A DNA stretch of 64,000 nt. It comes from Octopus sinensis (taxonomy: Eukaryota). The position numbers and the translations under genes are program-made. The notes under the pieces are model-generated. The model saw only the letters and a list, made by a program, of their open reading frames with translations. It was not told the DNA's origin and did not search any database. Position 1 is the stretch's first letter; each line of letters opens with the position of its first letter. Below are positions 1 through 13,088 of the stretch, one piece after another. Location: assembly GCF_006345805.1 (NCBI RefSeq), contig NC_043003.1, forward strand, positions 72,292,001 to 72,356,000. The letters run 5' to 3'.

Positions 1-205
1 CTTAATTTATCGACCCCGAAAGAATGAAAGGCAAAGTCGACATCGGCGGAGTTTGAACTCAGAATTTAAAGACACACGAAATATTGCTAAGCATTTCGCT
101 CGGCGTTATAAAGTTTCTTATTTATTTACTGCTTACAAGGGGCTACACACAGAGGGAACAAACAAGGACAGACAAACGGATTAAGTCGATTATATCGACC
201 CCGGT
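1..205 (-). mobile_element. tRNA-derived SINE, family B, two partial pieces
   Basis: Reverse complement matches the copies at 47372-47575 and 54055-54288 (TCGACCCCGAAAG..ATGAAAGGCAAAGTCGAC; GGACAGACAAACGGATTAAGTCGATTATATCGACCCC). Confidence 0.85.
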
Positions 206-268
206 GTGCTAAAGTTTCTGATCCTAATCTTATCAAAATCTTTTGTCGAACCGCTGTGTTAAGGGGAC

Positions 269-354
<86 letters not shown>

Positions 355-639
355 CAAGCACACAGAAACACGTACATTGATCATAAATTCATACATGTAC
401 AAGATGAATTCCAGAAGATACTTTTGTTTTTGGGAGAGGCACCTATAACTGTAATAGATTAGTGTCATTTTAATATACCATTACTATGCACCTAATATGC
501 TGACTTGACAACTTTTGTTATTCCAGATGGAATGAGACGACTGTAACAGTACTTTGAACGCAACATACTAAACACTGCTTGTCACAGCAGACTCGTTCAC
601 AGAATGCACTCGAGACATGACAATATGGAAGCTCGCTAT

Positions 640-1250
640 TCAATAATATCTTGTATTTGACGGAGCAAAAACGCTAAAAAAAAAATCTTAAGAAATGTTA
701 CAGTCTAGTTGAGAAAGTCTAAAAACCGATGTCAAAACGAAAAAGAGACCAAGCAAAGCACATCTACCGAAGAACTTATGATGACCCCCTTTCTCGACAG
801 CAAGGGCATCATTTACATCCACTGGGTTCCTTCTGACCAAGTACTTTGTGTAGAATTTCAGTGAATTCAGGAGATTTCGTTGCCAAAAGCCAGAGCACCT
901 GCACCAGGACAACGCACCAGTCCACAGTTTCATCTTGATAACCAACTAATTGACAGAGATGTGCATCACAACTATTTCTCACGCCTCCTCAGTCCAAGTT
1001 TTGTTTCCCGCGACTTTTGATTGTTTCCCAAGCTGAAGGAGAAGAAGAGGAAGACTTTAACAAGGATCCTGAACTCCTTCACTCCTTGGAGTACTTCCCT
1101 GGGGCCTTCACGAAATGGCTTGAGCACTACAACAAGTACACTGAAGTCAGAGGAACTTACTTTGAAGGAAACTAGAATTTTATACTTCTTTGAAATGAAT
1201 AAAAATCCCCTAAGAAAATGTCTCAAAATTTCTACGTATTGTATATGTGC
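640..1250 (+). mobile_element. Decayed mariner (DD34D-type) transposase, 3' half
   Basis: Translated remnants KGIIYIHWVP, HLHQDNAPVHS, DF*LFPKLK and terminal YFEGN*, with stops and frameshifts. Confidence 0.85.
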
Positions 1251-1599
1251 ATGTCTCTGTAAGTGACTTTAAATGACGAAACCATTTAACAAGAAATTGG
1301 ACCAAACCTTCAATTCCCTCTTCACAGTTGAAAGAAACTGAAAACAACTCACATATTCAAAACTATGTTGTTGTGTGTAGAACATGTATCTAGGCGGTGC
1401 CTCAGTATGGCTGCAGTCTAATGAATGAAACAAATAAATATGGGTATGTATATTGCTTGTTTTTCTGTACAGTTATATATAAAATAGTTAACTTTATTTG
1501 AAGGAACAATCAAAACTTTTCAGCAGAGTATCATATTTATTTTATTTTTACAGGAAAAAGGTTGATAGTGACTCTAAATCGAGAAATCATCAAGAAACA

Positions 1600-2500
1600 T
1601 CTCATTCGGCATTTGTGTTCATTTTCGTTCAATGCCTGCTGTTAAGACGTCGACTGTTACCCGTTTTGTATCGTAAACTTTAGCTTTGAAGTATACCCAT
1701 AATAAACTCTAGTGGTCTGGTGTCCGGTGAACGCGGAGGATATACTATTGAAACTCTTCGTCTAATCTACGTTTCTGGCAAAATCTCAAGGTAGACCCTT
1801 ACACTACTACAGTAGTGTAAAGATGCCCCATCTTGCTGGAAATAAAACTTGACATCTTCAAAGTCCTCTTGAATGTTGGTATGATAGATTGAGCAACATC
1901 AAGTAAATGAAACTAGTCACAATGCCGTTAAAGAAGAATGGTCTAATTAGTCCTTTTGATGTAACTCCTGATGAATTAACTAGGTGTTCCTCCGAAACTA
2001 TGCATATTTTCAGGTCCCCCGTAAGTGCAACTGTGACAGTTAATTGGGCCATTTAATTTAAGATATCTTCATCACTCCAAACAGTCACTGTTGGAAAGTG
2101 TCCAGCTACACATCATGCCAAGTGCCACAGATAAAGTTCCACTCTTCGTTCCAGATCATGTTCGTTGAGAGCATGGACTATTGTTGGAATGCTGCTTTTC
2201 CAATGACAGTGCTTTAAAATGCGGTGGACGCTCGATTTTGAAGTTAATGTCTCTTGACTCGCTTGTCGCAGTACGTCATTTCTTGCTTTAAGAGCCTCGC
2301 CGATGTCCGCAGTCTTCCGGAACGCCCATTGTGGACATTTTGAACAGTTCCGTCTGTTTAAAATCTTATTCGAGTGATGGTAAGTTGCGAAGGTGGATCT
2401 GTTTGAAACTCTCCGTTAAAACTATCTTTGTCCTGCAACTGCTTTTGCTAACTTCTAACAAATTTCTTTTGTTCAAAACTTAGTCCGGCTCTCTACATTA
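1600..2500 (-). mobile_element. Decayed Tc1/mariner-superfamily transposon of the DD41D (rosa/Visitor-like) type
   Basis: Minus-strand remnants GRSGR, SKSSVHRILK, VWSDE, GLIRPFFF, FYFQQDGA and PPRSPD; 40 residues between the second catalytic D and the third acidic position (here E). Confidence 0.8.
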
Positions 2501-2999
2501 TTTCTAAAGGTTTATATCGAAAAAAGAAATTTAAAAATGTAGTTATCAGCTGTTAAAGCTTCTATACATTTTTGGGGATACTCTGAATACAGAGAGAGGG
2601 GAAGAGAGGAGAGGAAGAAAGGAGAGGAGAGGGAGAGGGAGGGATAGATAGAGAGAGAGGAAGAGGGAGAGCGAATATATGTGTGTGAGTAGCAGATAGA
2701 TATGTGCAATTTTAGACAGTCAAATAAACGCATAAATAGATGCACAATTAGATACATAGTTACAGACATGTATCGTTTATTTCGTTGTAAAGCTCAAACT
2801 AGCAGCCTTTAACACGTAACGCCATCAAACAAGTGCCATTGAATGAGTTTGGCGCCACAAGAGATATTTAAGCACTCACCTGAGAACAAGAGACATCCCA
2901 GCTTCTCCTCTTTTCTTTCTACTTTACATTTCTCTGCTCTTGCTTAATAATGCGACTGACGCCCAGACTATAGATGTCATTGAACACAAATATGTATGA

Positions 3000-3035
<36 letters not shown>

Positions 3036-3524
3036 TTGTATGTGTATATAAACACAATTTGTGTACGTGTGCACGCGCGTGTGTATGTTCGTGCGCCTGC
3101 AAGCACGCACACACGCACACACGCACACACACACATACGCACATACGTACGCATAACTACACAAAATTTTGTATTGTATGCGCAAAAATACATACCAGCT
3201 TTTATTGACTCACGCACAAACCATGAAAACTATACATAGAGAAACAATCAACTATACTTCCACATTACCACTCACACATATTCAACATACCCTATAATTA
3301 GGTCTTATATGTAGAAGTATTATAGACCAATACATATCCATATAAACAGAAAAGTACGCAGACGTATGTATGTTTGTGTTTCAGGGTGTGTATGTGTAGC
3401 TGTCTGCATCTATGTTTTACTCTGGTACGCGTCATTATATTTCAGTGAGTGGACATTTACACATAATATCGGTTTATAGATACACACATATATACTCGAA
3501 TATGTACACACACACACACACACG

Positions 3525-3575
<51 letters not shown>

Positions 3576-3739
3576 TGTGTGTGTGTGTGTGTGTGTGTGT
3601 GTATTCATACATATATATATTATCATTTCTAAATGTCTGAAAGGGAGATATTCAGTAACAGTACTTTAAAGTAAAGACCATTTACCAACATAATGTAGCA
3701 GTCCTGGATGGGACGAGCGTTACTGTTGTTTAGCATATA

Positions 3740-3787
<48 letters not shown>

Positions 3788-3799
3788 ATATTGACCTCT

Positions 3800-3987
3800 A
3801 TCAGTTACCATCTACGTGTCCATTTACAAGGCTTGGCAAAAGATTCTTGTCCAACGTATCCTACAGTGGGAGTGAACCCGCAACCGTGTAGTTGGGAGGC
3901 GCTTCTACCGCACACAGCCACATCTGCGCCTGGTTATGCGTGTGTGTGTGTGTGTTTCTGTACATATACATATACATACAGACACAG

Positions 3988-4027
<40 letters not shown>

Positions 4028-4034
4028 GCATACA

Positions 4035-4082
<48 letters not shown>

Positions 4083-4241
4083 ATATATATAATATATATA
4101 TATATTATACATATATATAAGCCAAGTAATTATTCTATCGGTCACTTTTGCCGAACCGCTAATTTACGGAGACGTAAACACACCAACACCAGTTGTGAAG
4201 CAGTGGTGGGGGACAAGCACAGATGCAAAGACAGACACACA

Positions 4242-4277
<36 letters not shown>

Positions 4278-4370
4278 GATAAGTATACGACAGGCTTCTC
4301 TCAGTTTCCGTCTACTGAACCCGGAGCTATGTGGCTGGGAAGCAAGTTACTTACCACACAGCCAGGCCTG
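3800..4370 (-). mobile_element. Fragments of SINE family A interrupted by (TA)n/(CA)n
   Basis: TATTCTATCGGTCACTTTTGCCGAACCGCTAA and CAGGCTTCTCTCAGTTTCCGTCTAC are reverse complements of family A body sequence. Confidence 0.75.
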
Positions 4371-5099
4371 AAATTTCTTTTTTACTATATTTTGATATAC
4401 ATATATAAACAGTTTCTTAGTTAAGTCCATGTATGACTAAGACTGCACACCACTTCCAAATACTAACCAAATAACCGAATTGTTTCATTTTAAATAGCCT
4501 AATATTTTCACTTTGATCAAATTGTGTTTGATAACGGTCTCAGTTTGTGTTTTTCCTTTGTCTTTTTCGGGGATCGAGTCGAATACGTATACATGCACAT
4601 GGATGCGGACCTGAGCTTGACCATCTCTCGTATATGTTTACATGTGTATGTTTAGACGTACTCATATACGGTGATAGGTGTGAGTAAATATAAAGTTATT
4701 TATATTTACGTTAGTGAGTGTGAACTGCATGCGTATGTATGTACATATTTTTCTGTCTGTTGTTAACCAAATTCTAGCCTGTTTTATATAGAAACCATTT
4801 ATCACTGGTAACTTGGAATATTGTTTTATCTATGACAACTTAGATACTGAAATTTCCTGTTTTATTCTTAGATATCCTGACTTAGTCATTCCTATTCATT
4901 CTTATTTCCTAACTTTATTTCTCCGATAAAGTAAAAATAATAACCTTCCTTTTCTTTCCTATTATACCGAATTTGTTCTAAGCTTATCTGTGGTTCTTAT
5001 TTAGCACTGTCAACCAACTGCGGTCAGTAAATAACAACGGATTAATTTACTAATTTTTCTGAAAATACATATATACATACCTACATACATACATACATA

Positions 5100-5155
<56 letters not shown>

Positions 5156-5181
5156 ATCTATCTCTATCTATCTATCTATCT

Positions 5182-5237
<56 letters not shown>

Positions 5238-5243
<6 letters not shown>

Positions 5244-5640
5244 GTGGCTGTTTGGTAAGTAGCTTGCTAACCACCACATGGTTCCGGGTTCAGTCCACTG
5301 CGTGGCATCTTGGGCAAGTGTCTTCTGCTATAGCCCCGGGCCGACCAATGCCTTGTGAGTGGATTTGGTAGACGGAAACTGAAAGAAGCCTGTCGTATAT
5401 ATGTATATATATAAGTGTGTGTGAATATGTTTGTGTGTCTGTGTTTGTTTCCCTAGCATTGATTGACAACCGATGCTGGTGTTTACGTCCCCGTCACTTA
5501 GCGGTTCGGCAAAAGAGACCGATAGAATAAGTACTGGGCTTACAAAGAATAAGTCCGGGGTCGATTGCTCGACTAAAGGCGGTGCTCCAGCATGGCCGCA
5601 GTCAAATGACTAAACAAGTAAAAAGAGTAAAAAAAAAGAG
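5238..5640 (+). mobile_element. Full-length tRNA-derived SINE, family A (CORE-like centre)
   Basis: GGAGTGGCTGT..GGTAAG A-box-like head, GGTTCAGTCC B-box-like motif, CTTGGGCAAGTGTCTT CORE-like segment, AAAAGAGT tail; many paralogs in the window. Probably one of the described octopus SINE families; I cannot say which. Confidence 0.9.
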
Positions 5641-5838
5641 TAAAAAAAGAGTATATATATATACATACATACATATGATATGTATATATGTATATATATA
5701 TATATATATACTAATACATACATTAATAATTATATATATTATAATTTCAACAATTGAGGGCAAAATTAATTAATTATTAATCAATTTCACCAAGTATTCA
5801 GTATGCAAAGGACATTCAAGGCGAATTCAAATTATTAC

Positions 5839-6389
5839 ATTATATAAAAGGGCTTAGTAAATAAATTATTTGCCGCATACTGACCATTGAAAAGCAGCTA
5901 AAAACTTTTTTTAGGCATTTCTAATACTTAAAGAAATATATCTCATATATAGTGTTTGCATATTTACTCACAAAAGTTTGGGGGTAATGACATCGAAAAA
6001 TCAAATGCTAAGTTATTCGAAACGTACGTTCAAGATTAGTCAAAACAACATTTCTATCATCGGCTCGGAAATTCCTTGGTTTGGATTTGGAAACACTGAA
6101 AATAAGAACATACCCCTTCGAAGGGTATGTTCTATTTAGTGTTTCCAAATCCAAACCAAGGAATTTCCGAGCGATGATAGAAATTGTTGTTTGCTAATCT
6201 TGAACGTACGTTCTCGAATAACCTAGCTTTGATTTTTCGATGTCATTACCCCAAACTTTGTGATTAAATTTGCAAACACTATATATGAGAGAGTTTTCTT
6301 TAATATTAGAAATAGCCTTAAAAAAGTTTTTTACGCTATTTCTAATGAGTTCAGTATGCGGCAAAGTAATTTATTTTACTAAGCCCTTT

Positions 6390-6396
<7 letters not shown>
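5839..6396. repeat. About 560-bp spacerless palindrome centred on TTCGAA (6117-6122)
   Basis: The right arm is the reverse complement of the left arm throughout (e.g. AGAACATACCCCTTCG|AAGGGTATGTTCT; ATTATATAAAAGGGCTTAGT vs ACTAAGCCCTTTTATATAAT), with scattered indels. Confidence 0.95.
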
Positions 6397-6423
<27 letters not shown>

Positions 6424-6439
6424 CTATATATATAGTTAA

Positions 6440-6600
6440 CCAAACAGAAAACACAAAAAAGCACACAACGCGAGGACGTTGAACAAATATAGTATTATTG
6501 GACGTTCAGAAAGAATGGAAGAAGGAGGTTTTATGTTTCGAGCGAGCTCTGGTCGGAAGCATAGGAAAAGGAAAGATCCAGAGAAGGGAAGACAGAGGAA
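6440..6600 (-). mobile_element. Short Penelope pseudo-LTR-like remnant with a degenerate minimal hammerhead
   Basis: Homologous to 32055-32250 and 47900-48110; minus strand reads CCGACCA GAGC TC GCTC GAAA CA TA AAAC. Confidence 0.7.
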
Positions 6601-6617
6601 AAAATATATATATATAC

Positions 6618-6680
<63 letters not shown>

Positions 6681-6764
6681 TATAATGTGTGTGTGTGTGT
6701 GTGTGTTATTGGCTCCTACCTTGGCAATGCACTGAATGCATATCTACCGTGAATATTCCTTTTT

Positions 6765-6828
6765 TTTCCTGACGAGGGAGACATTCTCTGAAAATGGAAG
6801 AATGAACCCCAGAAACAGCCGTCGAAAT
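6765..6828 (+). ncRNA. Type I hammerhead-ribozyme-like motif
   Basis: TTTC CTGACGA GGG..(CATTCT/AGAATG helix)..CCCCA GAAA CAGCCG TC GAAA: intact core, GUC cleavage triplet, stem I TTTC/GAAA. Confidence 0.6.
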
Positions 6829-7222
6829 ATTATCATCTAAAATTGTAACCCGAAACTTTAATAGACGCCTACTATTAACTTTTCCTATCTTTTCAAATCT
6901 TTAAAAAACGTTCTTATCTATGATATATTCTTATCCTTTACTATATCATTACTATGTTTCTACACTCAAATTTATATATCTATATATATATTTAATATTC
7001 CTATATGTTCCTACATTTTTCTTTATTCGATATATTAATATAATTTTTTAATTTTGAACAAATTTTATCTTGACCAAATGCTCACGCATATGTGTTGAAA
7101 GTGGTTTGCCTAATCTGAATTTTTCCCTTTGATACCAGTCTAACGTCTCAGATTTCATTTGAGCACTTCTAAGCCATCTACATACTAAATATTTCGTAAG
7201 AAAAATATAACTATATGTGTAT

Positions 7223-7256
<34 letters not shown>

Positions 7257-7268
7257 ATATTATATATA

Positions 7269-7304
<36 letters not shown>

Positions 7305-7789
7305 TGTATGTATGTATGTATGTATGTATGTATGGATGTATGTATATGTATATATAATATATATATGTACATATATCTATATATGTATATATATATATAT
7401 ATGATTAAATACTATATATATATATATATATCTTTTTAAGGTTTGCTTTAAACATCCTCTTTTCGGTGGTACTAGAGCATTAGCCTGAGTTCTCACCGCA
7501 TTATGTTTGTGTGAAGTCTGACGAATGTCCTGAAAATAAAAGAGGGAACTTGAAGGTTGAACTGTACCACGTTTTGTCTCAGTTATTCGTTATAACGAGA
7601 GAAAACATGGCACGGTGAGAATTCAGGCTAATGCTCTAGTACCACTGAAAACAGGATGTTTAAAACAAACTGTTAAAAAAGATATATGAAGTGTATCAAT
7701 ATGAACTCAAACATAACGTCTGAAACTAATTGCAGATATATGAGCGTGTCTGTGTATCTATCTCTCTATCTATCTATTGGTTTTATATC

Positions 7790-8390
7790 TAGCGTGAACT
7801 AGACATATTATCAGTTTCTCTAAATAATAACTGTTGTCTGCAAAAGATGTTTTTAAAAAACACATGAACGCCGGTGATAAGTGAAGGAAAATTCCCATTA
7901 AAAATTATGGCCGGGCGATTTATCTCCCTTCGCTTGATAGCTAGGTTTTCCAATTTTGAAGTAAAAATTTCAGAAAAGGTGGACAACTCCCCACGGCTTC
8001 CGTCCTGGAGTTCGGGTGGCCTCTTGGCTCATGTGAATTCATTAGGATGATATATCTTTCAGCCATACACAATTTATATAGCCTTGTTCCATTGCGATAG
8101 GGTTCACAAGTTTCTAATATTTTCCACCTGATGTTGAAGGGCGTATGATCGTCCTTTAGACGCCAAACGTATGCTGCGAGTGTCGTTGTATTGTGTCTCT
8201 TCGGCACCCTGAAAGAAGATATGTGGTTGCTCAGGCGAATTTTAAATTTGGATTCACAAGATCCGACATAAATTTTAGTGTGTATCCCTGCGTTGGCATT
8301 GTTACTGTTATTTGTTCTGTTTCTATTTGGGAATAACGTTGTATACGGACACTGAGGTTTTTACTAGAGTACATACGGTTTTATCCTTCC
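7790..8390 (-). mobile_element. Penelope-like element fragment, GIY-YIG endonuclease C-terminus
   Basis: KIYVGSCESKFKIRLSNH..TTLAAYVWRLKD..IRWKILETCEPYRNGTRLYKLCMAERYII..CPPFLKFLLQNWKT*; the same EN type as 32535-32981 and 59740-60130. Confidence 0.85.
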
Positions 8391-8749
8391 AGATATGTAT
8401 ATATACACAAGTGCACCCCCCCCCCCCAAAAAAAAAAGCACTCAACGTAAGAGTATTGTCCGGTATGCAGTCCACAGTACACTTTTAGCTCAAGATCCAA
8501 AGCAGGGAAGATTCCGAGTGTGATATAGTATAAATAATAACACAAATGAGCTGTTTCAGACGTTTTTTTTTAATATCTCTGAAACAGCTGTAATGAACTT
8601 CAGTCCATTTGTGTTATCATGTGTGTATACTCGCGCGTGTATAGGTATGTATGAATATATGTATGCATGTGTGTGTGTATATGCATGTATGTGTGTATGT
8701 ATACATGTATTTGAAACGAAATAAATAAAAACTAAATCAGTATGTATTT

Positions 8750-9120
8750 GAATGACAAAACGAATAAAGGTATATTACTCTCTTTGCAGATCAATTTTTG
8801 TTTCATTGACATCATCCCAACCTATAGAGACTGTCAGACAAACGCTACTTTGCAACTGGGACAATATCAAAAGTGAAGGGTATGTAATCTCAAAAATTAC
8901 GATCTCTCGAAAGTTAGCATATCGTCTGATTGTCTGAAAACAAGAGGACAGATGTGAACAAGTCTTCTGCTGACGGTGCCTGTTATTTAAGAAACAAGTC
9001 TTTTCCTTGATGACATCAATTTTAGAGGATCCGTGATTATGGAGATTATCTCGTCTTCTCGTTTGAATTTGATCTGTATTATAACCAAACTGTTCTTTCA
9101 CTCACTCTCTCTGGAAGTGG
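8750..9120 (-). mobile_element. Probable decayed mariner N-terminal fragment
   Basis: Broken-frame remnants resembling SERTV..W and KIDVIKEK of the mariner HTH region; weak. Confidence 0.4.
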
Positions 9121-9176
9121 AAATGATTTTAATAAATCAATTATTTATCTGGTATAATAATTAATACACCCATATT

Positions 9177-9209
<33 letters not shown>

Positions 9210-9334
9210 AATCTATCTATATATATATTATATATATATATATAGATATATATATATATATATATATATATCTATATATATATATGATATGTGTGTGTGT
9301 GTGTGTGTGTGTGTTTAAGTGTGAATACCTGATC

Positions 9335-9735
9335 ACGCAGTTAAACCATTGGGAGTGAAGGACTCCTAGCCTTTGTTAGGGCATCCTTCTAGGAGAAGGT
9401 AACTCAGGTAACTGGGATAACTCCGACATAAAACCTGCGGCTCAGTGGTTACCAATGATGTTGACTTGTTCTTCTTTTCGGATTATGGCTGCTGTTGCAT
9501 AGTGAGTGGGATTGACTCAGTACACAGCCTTTCCTCACTTTAAAAAAATCTTCTTGCACAGGCATTGCACGATAACAACATTGTTCATGATTGTTGATGG
9601 TGCTGTGAGTCTCAACTGAATGGCTAGCTGTAGCCTTAAAAAGCAAATAAAAGTCCCATTCGATCACAGCAGCAATAACAGTTAAGCTTCGAGCAATGGC
9701 CATACTCGTTAACGAGGGGGCAGCCATCATCATGT
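9335..9735 (+). mobile_element. Probable non-autonomous RTE-like LINE derivative
   Basis: 5' AGGGCATCCTTCTAGGAGAAGGTAACTC..AAACCTGCGG resembles RTE 5' UTRs; the end GCAATGGCCATACTCGTTAACGAGGGGGCAGCCATCATCAT resembles an RTE 3' end. Recalled from memory, not aligned. Confidence 0.45.
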
Positions 9736-9879
9736 ACGTATGTATGCGCGAGTAGGTATGTATGTATGCGTGTGCATGTATGTATATACGTATGTATATG
9801 TGAGTGTATGTATATGTATGCATGTATGCATGAATGTCTATATGTATGCATTTATATATGTATGTATACGAATGTATAA

Positions 9880-10400
9880 ACCAAGATAGGCTTTGGCAAA
9901 TATTGGTTCAAGCTATGTCTAAATTTACAACACCGCCTAGTAAAGTTCTTTAAGTCATGATCAGATCGTATGTTTCGTTACCTATTCAGGTTGAGAATTG
10001 TTGTTGGCTTAAATGTATCTATGTAAAGGTAGTTTGTTAGGTGTTCTATGGAGGAATTTGTCCAGGTACCGTTTGAAGTTAATTGATTTTTTTTCTTTGA
10101 TTTGTTTCGAACTAATGTTAAGTTAAACCTGTCCATTTAAAGCTAAATTGTTGTGTCACAATGATATTATGTGTTGTAAGTTCAATTTGTGTAAGGTGTG
10201 TATGGCAGGGGTTCCAACTTCAGATGGTTTTAAACTTGTTAAGATTATTTGCGCAGCGCCTTTCGTATATTTTCCATTTTGTGCAAGGGTGTTTGATGTT
10301 TGTGGCACAATCTTTGTTCAGCTCAGTTTAGTAACTGAGTTCAGTGTAAACCTCACTTGTAATTCATATATGAGACTCGGAAAACCAAAGTAATTTATTC
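9880..10400 (-). mobile_element. Old CR1/L2-type LINE 3' fragment
   Basis: Minus-strand remnant FKRYLDKFLHRTPNKLP resembles the CR1 ORF2 C-terminus. Confidence 0.5.
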
Positions 10401-10559
10401 TCTGATGAAAGCTATGTAGTTAAAACTTCGAAGTAATTATGAACGTTTTCTTTGTAAGTGTAAAATAAATGTTATTCTACTGACAAACAGATATATACAT
10501 ATGTATATGCATATAAATGAATATAGTTAGTCAAACACTCGCACATACACAAACACATG

Positions 10560-10609
<50 letters not shown>

Positions 10610-10845
10610 CACACACACACACATACATATATATATATATCGAATACACACGTATGTATATATTCTGGATTGAACATAAATACTGTTAATGCATTGGCTG
10701 CACTATGTGAATCATTGTAAATTTTGAATGAAATAATTTTGATTCATGAAAGTTAAAACTTTATAAGTAGACTTGGCTCGGAGTGAGTGAATGGAATATT
10801 TATCACTATGCGCAGGAGTGGCTGTGTGGTAAGTAGCTTGCTTAC

Positions 10846-13088
10846 TTACCATGATTCTCTGTTGTCTGTGTCACTGAAGAAGATAGCCGGCAGAGTTTAG
10901 CCTGCCAAAAGAAGCTGCCGCAAGGTAAGACTTTTTTCTCTTGGACCCAGTGAGGGTCGTTGTCTGTGCTTATATTTTTTACAAACAAGGAGTCCTCACT
11001 GGATTCAGGATGTTAGTCTACTTTCGGTTCAGCAATATGGTTCATATTAAATGAACATTTTTTCTCATTCTGACAAGTACAGTTTGGTGGGTGTATCCTT
11101 CAACCAAAGGTTATTCACTTTTTAACAGTGTACGTTTTTACTATTGAAAAGCTGTATTTCAAGTGTTCACATGAAGTGAAAAATTTTTCTCATTGTGAGA
11201 AATATAGTTTGGTGACGTATCCTGCCACCCAAAGTCGTTCGCTGTTTGTAAATAGTGTGTATTTTACAACTACGTTGGAAAGCTGTATTTCAAGTGGAGC
11301 AGTCCAGGTTCTAATTGGAGTACCATAGGGCTTGGAGTACCTGAATGCCCAGAAGATTTTTTGCTGTGTTTCTTTTTAACTGTTGTTTTCTTCTTCTATT
11401 GTGACGTTTTTTTATTGAACTGTTTGCTTTTTTTTCTTCTTCCCTTTTGCTTCCTTTTGAATTCTCTCTTTCCTTTTTTGTGAAATGTTTTGGACTTTAT
11501 TTATTTTTTAATTTAAAACATGGCAAAAAAATACGGATAAGATTGTAGAGTGGGAGATTGTCCCACCTAAGGAGTGGCTCAGACAGCAAGAGAAGAGGAC
11601 GGTGATATTGAGAACGTATTCGAAGGTTCTCGACACAATTACCGTCTTCTCCAAGCAGATGATTGAGCAGGAGTTGGCGGAACATCTGCCAACCATTAAG
11701 TATATCTCTAGGGGAGTCAAATATGCAACAGTGTGGTTGCTGTTTGGTACCCCAGAGGAGGCTCGCAGTTTTGCGAGCCAGCCCGTGAGGGTAAAGAAAT
11801 TTTGTTTCTTCCCACTTATTGTGGGAGAAAATTGACGAGAGCCTGAGTCCGTGGTTTGCCACCCGGAATTGAACCCCAGTGGATAGGGGATACTATCCAT
11901 CGGGGTCCGGGTGACAGCAGAGCCAGGCTCCTCAATGTGAAAATTCTTCCTGTGGCTGATTGGATTGGGTCAAAAGCTGTTTTGACCCTGTGGACCCAAT
12001 CAGCCATGAATCTGGTTATGCTAGATTTTTTGAAAATGGCCGGGTGTAGGTACCCGGTGATTCTTGAGGGTCCCCCCGGTGTGTCATCGGTGCCTGGAGC
12101 CTGGCCATATAAAAAAAAAATGTCCTCAGGAACAAAGCAAAGTCCTGGAGCAGTCAATTGAGACCTCTGTAGAAGAGGGAACGAAGGCGGCTGAGAAGAC
12201 GGAGGACTCCTCAGGGAAAGGCCGCAAGAGGTAGAAGGTGAGCAACAATGGGTGCTTACCGAAGGATCCTGGGGATGAGGGAGGGGAGGTGAATCTCTCG
12301 GTCACGGAGGAGACGCACCCTCTTCAGTTGAGAGGAAAAAGAGGAAGAGGGAGAGAAACGGGATAATGCCGGCAGTCGGTGACATAGCAACGGAATGTCC
12401 CGAGACCTTTCCGGTAGGAGTTGTTCCACCGGCTGGGGAATAGACACCGTTGGGAGGGATTGTTCCCCCAATGGTAGAATTGACTACCTCGAACCCGGAG
12501 GAAGAGGAACTATTGGTCTTCTTCTACAGAGGCGATGTGTTAGAAGAGGTGGTGGAAAAGCACCATAAGGGAATACCTTTAACCTTCACACAATTTCCCG
12601 AATGGCCTCCGCAGAGGTCATAACGGTGTCTGTGGGGTTTTGGCTGCAGTGACTCAATGAGGAATATCGCTTATGGCCGGGCGACGCCGGCTCCGATCCC
12701 GCCTTGGTCTTGAATGAGGCGTGGGGGATGATGGAGTATACGGGCACAAGCGATGTTGAGGAGGAATAATGACAAGAGGTTGAAAAGCCTCAGTGTTATA
12801 ATGTTTAATGTTTATTGCATGTTATTGTGTTTAAGAGGCTTAATGCCCCAATTCTTAAATAGACTATTAGTCCAAAAATTGTAAATCTGAAGTAAGGGGT
12901 TCATTACCTAGTTTTGTCTTTTTCTGTGGAAAAAAAAGAAGAGAATAATGTTTTAGAGAAGCAGAAAATCGGCGGGCGTTTTTGTCTTCTCCCATTAATA
13001 TCATCCTTATCATCATTCACCTCATCAATGTTTTTGTCTAGCCCGCAAGCTACTCTGTATCATGCCTTTATGGCAAAATTTTAAAAAT
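10846..13088 (+). mobile_element. Internally deleted L1/Tx1-like retroelement (5' UTR, ORF1 remnant, 3' end) with a 15-bp TSD
   Basis: Frameshifted ORF1-like sequence from about 11520 (TDKIVEWEIVPPKEWLRQQEKRTVILRTYSK..) with a CCHC knuckle CHRCLEPGHIKKKC at about 12082-12123; no RT domain seen; flanked by AAGTAGCTTGCTTAC at 10831-10845 and 13089-13103; A-rich end. Confidence 0.75.

Noticed and set aside
5238-5310. tRNA-like heads of the SINEs (also 23860-23919, 49200-49276, 54200-54288)
   Set aside because: No complete cloverleaf, and each continues into a SINE body; not tRNA genes.
9345-9415. Possible HDV-like or twister ribozyme in the RTE-like 5' UTR
   Set aside because: Only a CTCCTAG/CTAGGAG helix is visible; the nested pseudoknot and conserved loop residues could not be assigned.
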